Below are positions 47,583-57,413 of a stretch of 64,000 nt of DNA, piece by piece. Source of the DNA: Firmicutes bacterium UBA5493. Lineage in GTDB: Bacteria > Bacillota > Limnochordia > Darwinibacteriales > Darwinibacteriaceae. How positions within the stretch are numbered: the stretch's first letter is position 1; each line of letters opens with the position of its first letter. The stretch spans positions 13,484 to 77,483 of the forward strand of contig DIPH01000001.1 of assembly GCA_002424045.1 (NCBI GenBank). The letters run 5' to 3'. A program made the translations under genes and the position numbers. The notes under the pieces are model-generated. The model searched no databases and was not told the origin of the DNA. It saw only the letters and a program-made list of their open reading frames with translations.

Positions 47583-48826
47583 AAGAAATCCTAGGTCTAG
47601 TCGTCGTTAGTGCGGAAAATGCCTTTATTCAAGTCACCGTATTTGTCGGAGCAGTACTCCTACTCTTTGGCTATGTTGACTACATTTTATCAGGGCGATT
47701 GGTGCAGACGATCGGAGCAGCAAAAAAACTTCAGCCGGTGATAGGTGCGATTTTGGGTCTTATTCCCGGGTGCGGCGGAGCTATTTTTGTCATGCCCCTC
47801 TTTCCTAGAGGAGTCGTGAGTTTTGGAACGGTGATCGCCACCCTATTGGCCACCATGGGTGATTCCGCCTTTGTGCTGATGTCCGTCATGCCTAAACAAT
47901 GGATTTTCGTATCCGTCATCTCGTTTTTTGTGGCAGTCGCTGTAGGTTATATTGTAGACCTCACCCCCATCGGAGATAGACTCCTAGAAAAATACAAAGA
48001 AACCCAAGAAAAGAAGGCCAAAGCACGCCAGCGCCATAAGGAACTGGATCATAGCATTTTCGAGAGCGAAACCGGGATTGCCCATGACCACTGGACTCAT
48101 ATTGGCCACGATGAGGGTGATGACATCGACTTAGCCCTGCACCATGGCACAAAAGGGCATCAGGATATCAATACCTTTGCCTACAAAGCAACCCATCGCG
48201 GCTATATGATTTACTGGGTCATCATTTCGTTGGGCCTAATTCTGGGGATCATGGATCTCCTTCAAATTGATCTCAATGAACTCCTTATTCCCAACTTGGG
48301 CCTGATTTTCGGTGTAACAGGTACCGCCGCCTCTATAGTGTTGATGATCTTAGGCAAAAAGTTAATTGCTAACGACACCCACGAAGAGTCAGAGATGAAA
48401 TTAGCCAGCCTTAAAGAAACATTTGTCCATAACGCCCAAGAAACAGCCTTCGTAGGAACATGGGTCTTTGCAGCCTATTTCGCCTACGAGCTCTTTGTCT
48501 TATCTCTAGGCTCGGGAAGCTATCTAGCGGGAGAAATGGCCATCACTAGCTTTCTGGCCCAGACCGGTTTAATGGCAGTTATAATTGGGGCCCTAGTGGG
48601 GGTAATTCCAGGCTGCGGTCCACAGATCATCTTCGTAACCCTGTTTACCCGGGGTCTCGTTCCCTTCTCTGCCCTACTGGCCAATGCCTTGTCCCAAGAT
48701 GGCGATGCCCTATTCCCCCTTATTGCCATTGATAAGCGTTCAGCCGTATGGGCTACGATAGTTAACACCATACCCGCTCTCATCGTGGGGATCTTAGCCT
48801 ATTGGATCGAAATGACGTACTTCTAG
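47576..48826 (+). CDS. two-repeat polytopic membrane protein with duplicated PGCG(G/P) motifs and a central His-rich cytoplasmic loop; putative metal transporter
   Basis: GTG start overlaps the cutC stop by 7 nt. Internal duplication: LIPGCGGAIFVMPLFPRG and VIPGCGPQIIFVTLFTRG. The central loop KARQRHKELDHSIF...HDHWTHIGHDEGDDIDLALHHGTKGH is rich in His and Asp. Family not recognised. Confidence 0.62.
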   Translation: MLKEILGLVVVSAENAFIQVTVFVGAVLLLFGYVDYILSGRLVQTIGAAKKLQPVIGAILGLIPGCGGAIFVMPLFPRGVVSFGTVIATLLATMGDSAFVLMSVMPKQWIFVSVISFFVAVAVGYIVDLTPIGDRLLEKYKETQEKKAKARQRHKELDHSIFESETGIAHDHWTHIGHDEGDDIDLALHHGTKGHQDINTFAYKATHRGYMIYWVIISLGLILGIMDLLQIDLNELLIPNLGLIFGVTGTAASIVLMILGKKLIANDTHEESEMKLASLKETFVHNAQETAFVGTWVFAAYFAYELFVLSLGSGSYLAGEMAITSFLAQTGLMAVIIGALVGVIPGCGPQIIFVTLFTRGLVPFSALLANALSQDGDALFPLIAIDKRSAVWATIVNTIPALIVGILAYWIEMTYF

Positions 48827-50229
48827 CGTGTAAGGGCCGTCAAACCCGCTGCGGTGATGGCCTGCCCCACCCTGCGGTCGCTCTCATCGGGCAGGTGGAA
48901 GTTTATCTTGGAAAGTTCGGGAAAGTCCGCGTTCAACACTTCGCGGGCTTTTTCTAAAATTAGAATGCCACCCCGACCTGAAGTAACCCGACCTAAGATA
49001 AGTAGGTGTTTGATATCGTAAAAGTCGGCATAATAGGCAACGGAATAACCCAAATAGGTACCGATGCTCTCAAAGATTTTCTGGGCGCCTTCGTGGCCTT
49101 TTCCTAGCAGATCTTGAACCACTTTTAGCTTTTCAGCCGGCGTCAGGTTTTCATCCAAGTCAATTCCAGCGGCAGGGGCCAATTTGATCACAGCATCCTG
49201 GGAAAAGTACTTTACCCCACAACCGTAGTCACCAGACCACTCGTCAACCATGGCCTCTGGATTATAGTCAACGGGCATAAAGGACAGTTCGTTGAGCCAA
49301 CCGGTGAGGGAACCCTCTGCATCCACATAACCAACTGCCTCACTCGTTCCCATGGCTATACCCAAGATGTTGGTATCCTGTAGGGACGAAGCCCCTGCTA
49401 GTGCCGTCACATCTCCATCATTGCGAACTTCAATTGGTACATTGCCGAGTTCTTTGGCCACTCTAGGATAAATATCCTTCACTTTAGCATCAAACAACTC
49501 CTGGGGTACTTTCAGAAAAAGCGAAGCCACCATGGTCCGATTGTTTATGTAGATTCCAGCCGAACTCACACCGATGGCATCAACCCTAGGGAGGTGAGCG
49601 GCTGCTCGTTTGACCGAATCCATAATGCCCTCAAAATGATAGTCTGGGTCTTCTGTCACCTTCGGATGCCACACCGTTTCATCACTATATAGCACTTTAC
49701 CATCCATGACAGCTGCCACTTTGCGATCACTCCCGCCAGCATCAAAGCCGATACGGCAGCCGTCTAGGTGACCTCCCACTGCTTCCGTCTTTTCGTAAGC
49801 CTGAGGCATCTCGGAAAGAACTGCGATTTCCACAGTAAAGACCTGTTCATAAACGCGCCCCATAAACTCCGCATCGAACTCTCTTTGACCGCCTTTTGCA
49901 TAGGCTACCTTTAGCGCCTCCCCCACCTGGGTTGATCCGCCCACAGTTACTTTCCAGCCACCTTTCACCCATAGTAGACACTTCACCAGGCGCTCCATAT
50001 AGAAATAATTAGCCTCATCCCAAGCATCTTTGATTCCGGAAGGAAAAAGATTCGTCTCGTAGACTGCGACTTGGCTCTGATCCCGCTCAATTGCAACGGC
50101 AACGGGCTGGGCTCGACCACATGCTTGAACGGCCTGGGCAAAAGCCCTATTCCATAACACAGCAGGGCGAAAATCTGGATCCAGTTCTGGAACCAGTCTG
50201 GGTGTTGCTTCCCTATCTAGGTTCATCAT
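48823..50229 (-). CDS. ASKHA-superfamily (ROK/glucokinase-like) putative sugar kinase with a ~150 aa N-terminal extension
   Basis: Motifs RIGFDAGGSDRKVAAV (phosphate 1), NDGDVTALAG, and GIAMGTSEAVG (phosphate 2) fit an actin-fold sugar kinase. The ROK zinc motif CxCGxxGC is absent. Confidence 0.5.
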   Translation of the reverse strand: MMNLDREATPRLVPELDPDFRPAVLWNRAFAQAVQACGRAQPVAVAIERDQSQVAVYETNLFPSGIKDAWDEANYFYMERLVKCLLWVKGGWKVTVGGSTQVGEALKVAYAKGGQREFDAEFMGRVYEQVFTVEIAVLSEMPQAYEKTEAVGGHLDGCRIGFDAGGSDRKVAAVMDGKVLYSDETVWHPKVTEDPDYHFEGIMDSVKRAAAHLPRVDAIGVSSAGIYINNRTMVASLFLKVPQELFDAKVKDIYPRVAKELGNVPIEVRNDGDVTALAGASSLQDTNILGIAMGTSEAVGYVDAEGSLTGWLNELSFMPVDYNPEAMVDEWSGDYGCGVKYFSQDAVIKLAPAAGIDLDENLTPAEKLKVVQDLLGKGHEGAQKIFESIGTYLGYSVAYYADFYDIKHLLILGRVTSGRGGILILEKAREVLNADFPELSKINFHLPDESDRRVGQAITAAGLTALTR

Positions 50230-50386
50230 GTCTATCTACCTCCGTAATGGTCTCCTTGACCATAATTCTCCATGAGCAAAATATCGCCTTGCCAGTCTCA
50301 AGGGCCCATAAAGATAGATATGTAAGGTATGTCCATGATATACTAAAAGACACGTATACCTAAAAATAGGCAGGAGGCGAAAAGGC

Positions 50387-51040
50387 ATGCCTAGACCCCA
50401 ATACTTTGTTTATGGAAGGACGGAAATAGAGCACCTTCAGTCCCAGGACAAAAAGCTCGGGGAAGCCATCGAGCAAATTGGGCCCATCGAGCGAGAAGTC
50501 TATCCTGATCTTTTTCCAGCCTTAGTTAAATCCATTGTAGGGCAACAGATCTCCACCAAGGCTCAAGAAACCATTTGGGGACGCATCCAAGAGCGTTTCA
50601 AACCCTTTACACCAGAAGTTCTAAAAGGCGCGGCCACGAAGGAACTGCAAAGCTGCGGTATTTCCATGCGCAAAGCCACCTACATCCATGCCATGACCAA
50701 GGCCATCGTAGAAGGTCAAATTGATTTGGATGCCTTGCACACCATGTCCGATGAAGATGTTTGCGCCGAGTTAACCACGCTTAAGGGCATAGGAATCTGG
50801 ACTGCCGAAATGCTCCTCACATTCTCCCTCCAAAGACCGGACATTGTCAGTTTCGGAGATCTGGCTATCCTAAGGGGTATGCGCATGCTCTATCGTCACC
50901 GCAAGATCACCCCAGAGCTTTTCACCAAGTACAAAAGGCGTTATTCCCCCTACGGAACAGTAGCCAGCCTCTACCTCTGGGCGATCGCGGGAGGAGCAAT
51001 CCCTGAACTGACGGATCCTGCGCCGAAAAAGAAAAAGTAA
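50387..51040 (+). CDS. HhH-GPD base-excision DNA glycosylase (AlkA / 3-methyladenine glycosylase II-like)
   Basis: HhH-GPD motif LKGIGIWTAEMLLTFSL...D. 217 aa. CAGGAGG RBS. Confidence 0.75.
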   Translation: MPRPQYFVYGRTEIEHLQSQDKKLGEAIEQIGPIEREVYPDLFPALVKSIVGQQISTKAQETIWGRIQERFKPFTPEVLKGAATKELQSCGISMRKATYIHAMTKAIVEGQIDLDALHTMSDEDVCAELTTLKGIGIWTAEMLLTFSLQRPDIVSFGDLAILRGMRMLYRHRKITPELFTKYKRRYSPYGTVASLYLWAIAGGAIPELTDPAPKKKK

Positions 51041-51090
51041 GGACCGCGACAGAAAACCCACCGCGGTCCCTATTCGTTATGTTTCTTAAT

Positions 51091-52092
51091 CTAGCCACGA
51101 GGCATGGCACGATGGTACTGCCAGGGCCAAATATCCTTGTCGGCCTTGGCCTCTAAAACCCAGTAAGGATTGCGCAGAAGTTCTCGCCCTAAGGCCACAA
51201 AATCAGCCCGTCCGTTGAAGATAATCTCCTGAGCCAACTCTGGCTGGGTTATTAGACCGACGGCAATAGTAGGCATACCCACCTCTTTTTTTACTGCCTC
51301 CGCAAAAGGCACTTGATAACCAGGTCCAAGCTCAATTCGTGAGGACAACAGGCCCCCTGAACTGATATCCATTAAATCAACGCCATGCTCTTTCAGCACC
51401 TTGCAGATTTCCACCGTATCCTCAATCGTCAAACCCCCATCTACGTAGTCGACTGCGGAAAGCCTCACGCTTAGAGGTTTATCCTCTGGCCATTCTTCTT
51501 GCACCGCTTCTACAATCTCCAAGAGAAAACGTATGCGGTTTTCCAGCGAACCACCGTATTCATCCGTACGCTCATTGCTTAGGGGCGACAAAAACTCATG
51601 GATCAAGTATCCATGGGCCCCGTGGATCTGCAGAACATCAAAGCCTGCAAGATGGGCCCGCCTAGCAGCCTGGCGCCAATTCTCGATGACCTCTTTAATC
51701 TCTTGCGTACTGAGGGCATGGGGCATCCCCATCTCCGGAACCGCTAAACTGGAGGGGGCTACTAGTTCATCACCCCAAGATTTACGGCCACCGTGGGCGA
51801 TTTGAATCGCCATAACAGAACCATGTTCTTTGCCCAACTGCACCAATTCACGCAGTCCCGCGGTATGCTCATTCTTCCAAATTCCTAGATCGTGATTGCT
51901 GAGCCTACCTCGTTTTTCCACCGCGGTGGCTTCCAAAATAATAAGGCCTACACCACCTACAGCACGGGCCCCATAATGCACCCGGTGCCAATTGGTCCCA
52001 TAGCCATCTTCAGTAGCCGAATATTGGCACATGGCGGGCATCACAATACGATTAGGAATGGTAACACTCTTCAGCTCAAATGGAGTAAACAT
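51091..52092 (-). CDS. namA: NADPH dehydrogenase (Old Yellow Enzyme family, YqjM/NamA-like)
   Basis: N-terminus FTPFELKSVTIPNRIVMPAMCQYSA. FMN-binding TIM barrel. ATG 52092 with a GGAGG RBS. Confidence 0.85.
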   Translation of the reverse strand: MFTPFELKSVTIPNRIVMPAMCQYSATEDGYGTNWHRVHYGARAVGGVGLIILEATAVEKRGRLSNHDLGIWKNEHTAGLRELVQLGKEHGSVMAIQIAHGGRKSWGDELVAPSSLAVPEMGMPHALSTQEIKEVIENWRQAARRAHLAGFDVLQIHGAHGYLIHEFLSPLSNERTDEYGGSLENRIRFLLEIVEAVQEEWPEDKPLSVRLSAVDYVDGGLTIEDTVEICKVLKEHGVDLMDISSGGLLSSRIELGPGYQVPFAEAVKKEVGMPTIAVGLITQPELAQEIIFNGRADFVALGRELLRNPYWVLEAKADKDIWPWQYHRAMPRG

Positions 52093-52146
52093 CCAAAACA
52101 CCTCCGAAATAGTTAGACATAGTATCTCCCACTTAGAAGGATTTGG

Positions 52147-52725
52147 CTAACCTCGGCTCGTTTTCCTGCTTCCAGGGGTTTGAAGAGCCACACCCTCCCG
52201 GCAGAGGGGACACTTCTCGGGCTTGTATGCTGTTATCTCCACGCTCACTAAGGAATAAAAAGGAACCCCAAAGACGGCCGTGCCCTGGCTACGATCGACA
52301 ATGGTGGCTATCCCTAACACATCAGCCCCACACTCTTTGGCCAGGTCCACAACTTCCCGAACCGAACCACCGGTTGTGACCACGTCTTCCACAGCCAAAA
52401 CCTTTTCGCCAGGTCGCAGTTTGAATCCACGGCGAAAGGTCATGTTTCCATCTTGCCTTTCGGCGAAAATAAAGCGGCAACCAAGCAAACGGGCTAACTC
52501 ATACCCCACCGTAACGCCACCTATAGCTGGCGCAATTACCGTGTCGATACCCTCCGGGAGCTTCGGAATCAAAGTTTTCACTACCTCGGCGGCCTTACGG
52601 GGATACTCAAATAGCTTCGCACACTGCATATATTGCTCCGAATGCAGACCCGAAGTGAGCTTGAAATGCCCCGATTGCAAGACTCCTAGCTCCTGAAACT
52701 CCGCGAGTAACTCTTGGTTGGTCAT
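52147..52725 (-). CDS. pyrE: orotate phosphoribosyltransferase
   Basis: PRPP-binding loop VLAVEDVVTTGGS. 192 aa. Confidence 0.9.
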   Translation of the reverse strand: MTNQELLAEFQELGVLQSGHFKLTSGLHSEQYMQCAKLFEYPRKAAEVVKTLIPKLPEGIDTVIAPAIGGVTVGYELARLLGCRFIFAERQDGNMTFRRGFKLRPGEKVLAVEDVVTTGGSVREVVDLAKECGADVLGIATIVDRSQGTAVFGVPFYSLVSVEITAYKPEKCPLCREGVALQTPGSRKTSRG

Positions 52726-53417
52726 ACTTCCACCTCAATTTCTTCTACTATCTTTAAAAACGCTCCATGGGGGTCAGGGCTTGCCAAAATCGGGCGACCG
52801 ATGACTAAATAGTCACTGCCGGCCTGGATGGCTTCCCCCGGTGTCATGGTGCGTTTTTGATCCTGTGTGGCGGAGCCTCGGGGGCGTACACCAGGCGTCA
52901 CGGCTAAGAAATCTTTACCGCACACGTCCTTGATGCTCGTCACCTCTAAGGGCGAACAGACAACACCGGCCAAATTAGCCTTCTTCGCCAATTGGGCGTA
53001 GGTTAAGACACTGGCTTCCACTGTACCTGGAATTCCCAACTCACTGTTCAGCATACTTTGGTTGGTAGAGGTTAGCTGGGTCACTCCAATTAACTTGGTA
53101 TCTTCACCAACGGCTTCCCTAGCCCTTTGCATCATCTCCAGCCCCCCTGCGCAGTGCAGATTCAAAAGATCGCAACCGGCGCGACTCAGACTACGCATAG
53201 CTCCTGCTGCAGTATTGGGAATGTCATGGACCTTTAGATCCAGAAAAATCTTCAAACCTCGGTCCTTTAAGACATGAATGAGTTCTGGTCCCGCGCTATA
53301 GAAAAGTTCCATGCCCACCTTGACAAAACGAACCTGAGGCAGTCTTGTCAGGGCCTCTTCTACTTCTTCCCTGCTCCCCACGTCAAGGGCCACAATAATC
53401 CTCTCCACCAAACTCAT
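52722..53417 (-). CDS. pyrF: orotidine 5'-phosphate decarboxylase
   Basis: N-terminus IIVALDV...KVG and a catalytic Lys region. Start chosen at MSLVER (53417), 4 nt overlap with the pyrD stop. Confidence 0.88.
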   Translation of the reverse strand: MSLVERIIVALDVGSREEVEEALTRLPQVRFVKVGMELFYSAGPELIHVLKDRGLKIFLDLKVHDIPNTAAGAMRSLSRAGCDLLNLHCAGGLEMMQRAREAVGEDTKLIGVTQLTSTNQSMLNSELGIPGTVEASVLTYAQLAKKANLAGVVCSPLEVTSIKDVCGKDFLAVTPGVRPRGSATQDQKRTMTPGEAIQAGSDYLVIGRPILASPDPHGAFLKIVEEIEVEV

Positions 53418-54325
53418 AACGCACACCCCCTGATTTCCTCTATATTCTTGATTCCCTCTTCTTGCATAAATGACCTTAACTCTGCGATAATCCTGGGGCA
53501 AGCATAGGGGTCTGTGAAGTTGGCTGTTCCTACTTCCACAGCCCAGGCTCCGGCCATGATGAATTCTGCGGCATCCCGCCCACTATAAATACCGCCCATG
53601 CCAATGATGGGAAGGTCGACTTCTCTGGCTACGTCGTAGACCATGCGCACGGCTACAGGTTTGATGGCCCGTCCTGAAAGTCCGCCTGTTTTGTTGGCCA
53701 AGACCGGCTTTCTCGTGGTTAGATCAATTTGCATCCCAATGAGTGTGTTAATTAAGCTCAAACCATCGGCACCTCCACAGGCAGCGGCCAGGGCTAGATC
53801 CTGCACCCTGGTTACATTGGGTGACAGCTTAACAAAAAGGGGGAGCGTACAAACCTTACGGACTTCTTCGACTAGTCCTCTGAGGACCGTAGCGTCAACC
53901 CCAAAGGCAAGACCTCCTAATTTCACATTAGGGCAAGACACATTGAGCTCAACTGCCTGGGCTAAGCCAGATCTGCTAACTTGCTCTACCACTTCGCAAT
54001 AATCCTCCACCGTATCGCCTGCTACGTTCACAAAGATCGGAACATTCTGGCCCGCCAGCCAGGGGAGCTCTTCGGCTAGAACCTCGTCAAGACCGGGATT
54101 GGCTAAGCCAATAGCGTTAAGCATGCCCCCTGTGACCTCTGTCACCCGGGGGGTAGGATTACCTAGGCGGGGATAGAGCGTTGTGGCCTTCACCACCACG
54201 GCTCCTAATTCGTCCAGGGAATAGTATTCGCCATATTCCCTACCAAAGCCAAAGCAGCCTGAGGCAGGCATCACAGGGTTCCTCAACTGCAAGCCCCCTA
54301 AGTCAACCTCAAGATCCACACTCAT
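53414..54325 (-). CDS. pyrD: dihydroorotate dehydrogenase (class 1B) catalytic subunit
   Basis: PASGCFGFGREY near the N-terminus. 303 aa. Confidence 0.9.
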   Translation of the reverse strand: MSVDLEVDLGGLQLRNPVMPASGCFGFGREYGEYYSLDELGAVVVKATTLYPRLGNPTPRVTEVTGGMLNAIGLANPGLDEVLAEELPWLAGQNVPIFVNVAGDTVEDYCEVVEQVSRSGLAQAVELNVSCPNVKLGGLAFGVDATVLRGLVEEVRKVCTLPLFVKLSPNVTRVQDLALAAACGGADGLSLINTLIGMQIDLTTRKPVLANKTGGLSGRAIKPVAVRMVYDVAREVDLPIIGMGGIYSGRDAAEFIMAGAWAVEVGTANFTDPYACPRIIAELRSFMQEEGIKNIEEIRGCAL

Positions 54326-55071
54326 AGAGAAACCTCCTCCCAGGAAAACACGGGACCCTCTTTGCAGATGCGCTTGGCAGCCGAACCATCAGGATCAAGA
54401 CAGGTACAGCCCCAGCAGGCTCCCACACCGCAAGCCATGCGCTCTTCTAGAGATACATAGCCTTTGATGTCTCTACCTTGAAAGTGAGCTTTCAGGGCTT
54501 TTAGCATAGGCTTGGGACCACAGCTATAGAGAGTTGTCCAGTTTTCATTCACGTTTAAGGCTTCTGTGACAAAGCCCTTTTTTCCTAAAGAACCATCTTC
54601 TGTGCAGACAACTACATCACCAAATTCAGCGAATTCTCTTGTCCAGAAGACGTCGTCCTGGTTCTTAAATCCCAAAACGATGTGGAGTTTAAAGCCCGCA
54701 GCTCCCAGCTCTTTAGCCAGTTGATAAAGGGGAGGAACTCCAACTCCTCCTCCTACGACCAGGACAGTACCAGGATTCTGTGGCGCGGGAAACCCCCTCC
54801 CCAGAGGCCCGAGTACATCGAGGACATCGCCCGGACACCTTTCGCTCAGCCATTTGGTTCCATCTCCCACCACGCGATAGACGAGGGTGAGAGTTTTCGT
54901 CTCTGGATTGCAGGAGGCAATACTTAGTGGCCTACGCAGAGGATGTCCTTTGCCATCTCCGATTAACAGATTCACAAATTGGCCTGATGTGGCCTTTTCA
55001 TAGGGAAATTCGCCCGTCAATTCCAAGGCAAAAATGTCCCGGCTGAGCTGCTTATTTTCCTCGACTAACAT
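54322..55071 (-). CDS. pyrK: dihydroorotate dehydrogenase electron-transfer subunit (FAD/NAD, 2Fe-2S)
   Basis: C-terminal Cys cluster CGVGACWGCTC. Flavin reductase fold. Start chosen at MLVEEN (55071). Confidence 0.85.
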   Translation of the reverse strand: MLVEENKQLSRDIFALELTGEFPYEKATSGQFVNLLIGDGKGHPLRRPLSIASCNPETKTLTLVYRVVGDGTKWLSERCPGDVLDVLGPLGRGFPAPQNPGTVLVVGGGVGVPPLYQLAKELGAAGFKLHIVLGFKNQDDVFWTREFAEFGDVVVCTEDGSLGKKGFVTEALNVNENWTTLYSCGPKPMLKALKAHFQGRDIKGYVSLEERMACGVGACWGCTCLDPDGSAAKRICKEGPVFSWEEVSL

Positions 55072-56318
55072 GAATAGACCGCCTCCCCGTCCACAAGAGT
55101 CAAAACAGGCCATCCTTGCAGAGTCTGCCCTATGTGGGGAGAATTGGTGCCCTTGCTTTTAAACTGATCCTTGGTGACCTTTCTCTCCTTACCTAAATCC
55201 AGGACGACAAGGTCGGCACCGGCTCCCACCTTAAGCTCAGATTCTACTCCAAGTATGGAGGCCGGTGCTTCCGTGAGACTGTATAATAACTGCTCTAGGG
55301 TCAATTGGCCCTCTAGAACGAGCTTGCTATACAAAACGGGAAAGGTCGTCTCTAAAGCCGTGACTCCGAAAGGTGAACCCTCAAATAGTCCGTTTTCCTT
55401 TTGTGTACCATGGGGCGCATGATCAGTGGAGATGATGTCAATGACCCCGGTTTTCAACGCTTCCACTAGGGCCCGGCGATCTTTTTCTGTGCGGAGTGGG
55501 GGTTTCATCTGAAAGTTCCCTCGGGGCTCCTTAATATCGTGATGGGTGAGTGTCAGATGATGAGGTGTAACTTCTGCTGTAACGGGTAAGCCCTCCTCTT
55601 TGGCCTTGGCAATGAGCTCAACTGTCTGCCAGGCGCTCACATGGGCCACATGGTAGCGGCAGTGGGTTTTCCTCACGAATTCAAGGTCGCGCTTTAACAT
55701 GAGATATTCAGACTCCGGGGGAATTTGCTCATAAAAAAAGCCCTCCCCAAGTAGAGCCTTATCTTCTAGATGGTTGATGACAACACCACCAACCTCTTTT
55801 ACTCCAAGGAAAACCTCTTGCGCAATGTTCTCGTTTAAGGGGTCACCATCATCGGAATAAAGGACAACATATCTTGCTGCAAAAGCTTTGTAGTCTACCG
55901 TTTTCTTCCCCGACCGTCCTTCAGTCAAAGCCGCGATGGGCCTGACCTTACAGTGAGCGGTTTTTCGAATACGCTCATCTAGAGCGTCCAATGCTTCCAG
56001 GGAGTCCAAGGCTGGACTCGTGTTCGGCATAGGACACACCGTTGTAAACCCTCCGGCCACAGCGGCCATGGTGCCGCTTGCAATTGTCTCCTTACTCTCA
56101 AAACCGGGCTCCCGAAGATGGGTGTGGAGATCAATGAAACCTGCGGCGATGATCTGCCCTGTTGCATCGAAATCCCTAATGGGACCTTGAAATAGTTGTC
56201 TTACCTCATCCGCAGCTTTCCCAAAGGCCACGATCATGCCCCCGAGAATCAGAACGCTTTCCTGCATTATTTCTTGATTACGATACACTGAGCCGTTATG
56301 CAGATACCAATTTGCCAT
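55065..56318 (-). CDS. pyrC: dihydroorotase
   Basis: HxH motif (GFIDLHTHLREPG). 417 aa. Overlaps pyrB by 23 nt. Confidence 0.88.
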   Translation of the reverse strand: MANWYLHNGSVYRNQEIMQESVLILGGMIVAFGKAADEVRQLFQGPIRDFDATGQIIAAGFIDLHTHLREPGFESKETIASGTMAAVAGGFTTVCPMPNTSPALDSLEALDALDERIRKTAHCKVRPIAALTEGRSGKKTVDYKAFAARYVVLYSDDGDPLNENIAQEVFLGVKEVGGVVINHLEDKALLGEGFFYEQIPPESEYLMLKRDLEFVRKTHCRYHVAHVSAWQTVELIAKAKEEGLPVTAEVTPHHLTLTHHDIKEPRGNFQMKPPLRTEKDRRALVEALKTGVIDIISTDHAPHGTQKENGLFEGSPFGVTALETTFPVLYSKLVLEGQLTLEQLLYSLTEAPASILGVESELKVGAGADLVVLDLGKERKVTKDQFKSKGTNSPHIGQTLQGWPVLTLVDGEAVYSC

Positions 56319-57195
56319 GCTTTCCTCCCTGCAAACACCAATCCAAGACCGCCATACGCACTTCTACACCATTGCTCACCTGTCTTAAGATCTGACTGCG
56401 GGGGTCCTCCATGGCAGCTGTGCAGATTTCCACACCGCGATTTACGGGACCAGGGTGCATAATTACGGCTTCTTTCCGTAGTCTAGCCAATCTTTCTTCC
56501 GTCAAGCCATACTGTTCATGATAGGTTCTAATATCCGTGTTCTCAGCGTGCCGCTCATGCTGCACTCTGAGCATCATCAGGACCTCCGTTTCTTCTACAG
56601 CCTTGTCTAAATCAACCCAGGGCACTTCAGGGAGATCATGGGGCTTGAAGATATCTGGTCCAGCGAACTGAACATGTGCACCGAGTTCTGTTAGGATATG
56701 CAGATTCGAACGTGCAACTCTGCTGTGTCTGATGTCTCCCACAATTGTAACCTTGAGACCCCGGAGGCTGCCGAAGCGTTGCCTTATCGTGAGGGCATCT
56801 AGCAGTGCTTGCGTCGGATGTTCAAAAGCGCCAGATCCAGCGTTAACCAAGCTAAGATTGAGTTTGCAATCGGCCAGTTCTTTAGGCCAGTCGGTCTTAT
56901 GTCGGATTACGACCACGTCAACGCCTAGAGCTTCTAGAGTCTCTAGGGTATCCCTGAGTGATTCGCCCTTGCTTGTGCTAGAATGGTCTACATCAAAGTT
57001 CAGGGTCCGTAGCCCTAAACGCTGGGCTGCCATTTGGAAGGATAAATTTGTGCGGGTACTGTTTTCGAAGAATAGATGGACAACGGTTCCGTGATTCTCG
57101 CCCATTTGCTCCTTATCTGCATAGGCTTGAGCATTTTGAAGTAATAGTTCGATGGTGTGGCGTCCTAGATCCTTACTACTGACTAGAGAATTCAA
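56296..57195 (-). CDS. pyrB: aspartate carbamoyltransferase catalytic subunit
   Basis: STRTN carbamoyl-phosphate motif and HPGP. TTG start with an AAGGGGGAG RBS. Confidence 0.9.
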   Translation of the reverse strand: MNSLVSSKDLGRHTIELLLQNAQAYADKEQMGENHGTVVHLFFENSTRTNLSFQMAAQRLGLRTLNFDVDHSSTSKGESLRDTLETLEALGVDVVVIRHKTDWPKELADCKLNLSLVNAGSGAFEHPTQALLDALTIRQRFGSLRGLKVTIVGDIRHSRVARSNLHILTELGAHVQFAGPDIFKPHDLPEVPWVDLDKAVEETEVLMMLRVQHERHAENTDIRTYHEQYGLTEERLARLRKEAVIMHPGPVNRGVEICTAAMEDPRSQILRQVSNGVEVRMAVLDWCLQGGKHGKLVSA

Positions 57196-57234
57196 CTTGG
57201 CTCCCCCTTGTCAGACCTCAACCTACACAAATCC

Positions 57235-57348
57235 AAAAGGGGCTTCTACCGGTTGGTAGAAGCCCCATCTTCGCAAAGTGGTAACACAGAGTATTGCATA
57301 GAAAACTCTTGTGCTTTGTGTAGGCGTCCTTCCCAACCTCTCTGGATT
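57235..57348 (-). promoter_or_regulatory. PyrR-type transcription attenuator in the pyrB leader (PyrR binding loop plus intrinsic terminator)
   Basis: The minus strand reads AATCCAGAGAGGTTGGGAAGG at 57328-57348, matching the UCCAGAGAGGCU binding loop. Downstream, GGGGCTTCTACCaaccGGTAGAAGCCCC followed by TTTTGG at 57235-57266 lies 40 nt before the pyrB start. Confidence 0.6.
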
Positions 57349-57384
57349 GGCTTAAAGGTCTTTTTTGTGTTTTTCTTCTAATCC

Positions 57385-57413
57385 AGTCTATCAAGGACTA
57401 GCATCGCTGTCAA
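57385..57413 (-). promoter_or_regulatory. candidate pyr operon promoter (TTGACA, 17 nt spacer, TAGACT)
   Basis: Minus strand -35 at 57408-57413 and -10 at 57385-57390. Preceded by a tandem 14-nt repeat GGTCAAAAAATGGA x2 at 57425-57452. Confidence 0.4.
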
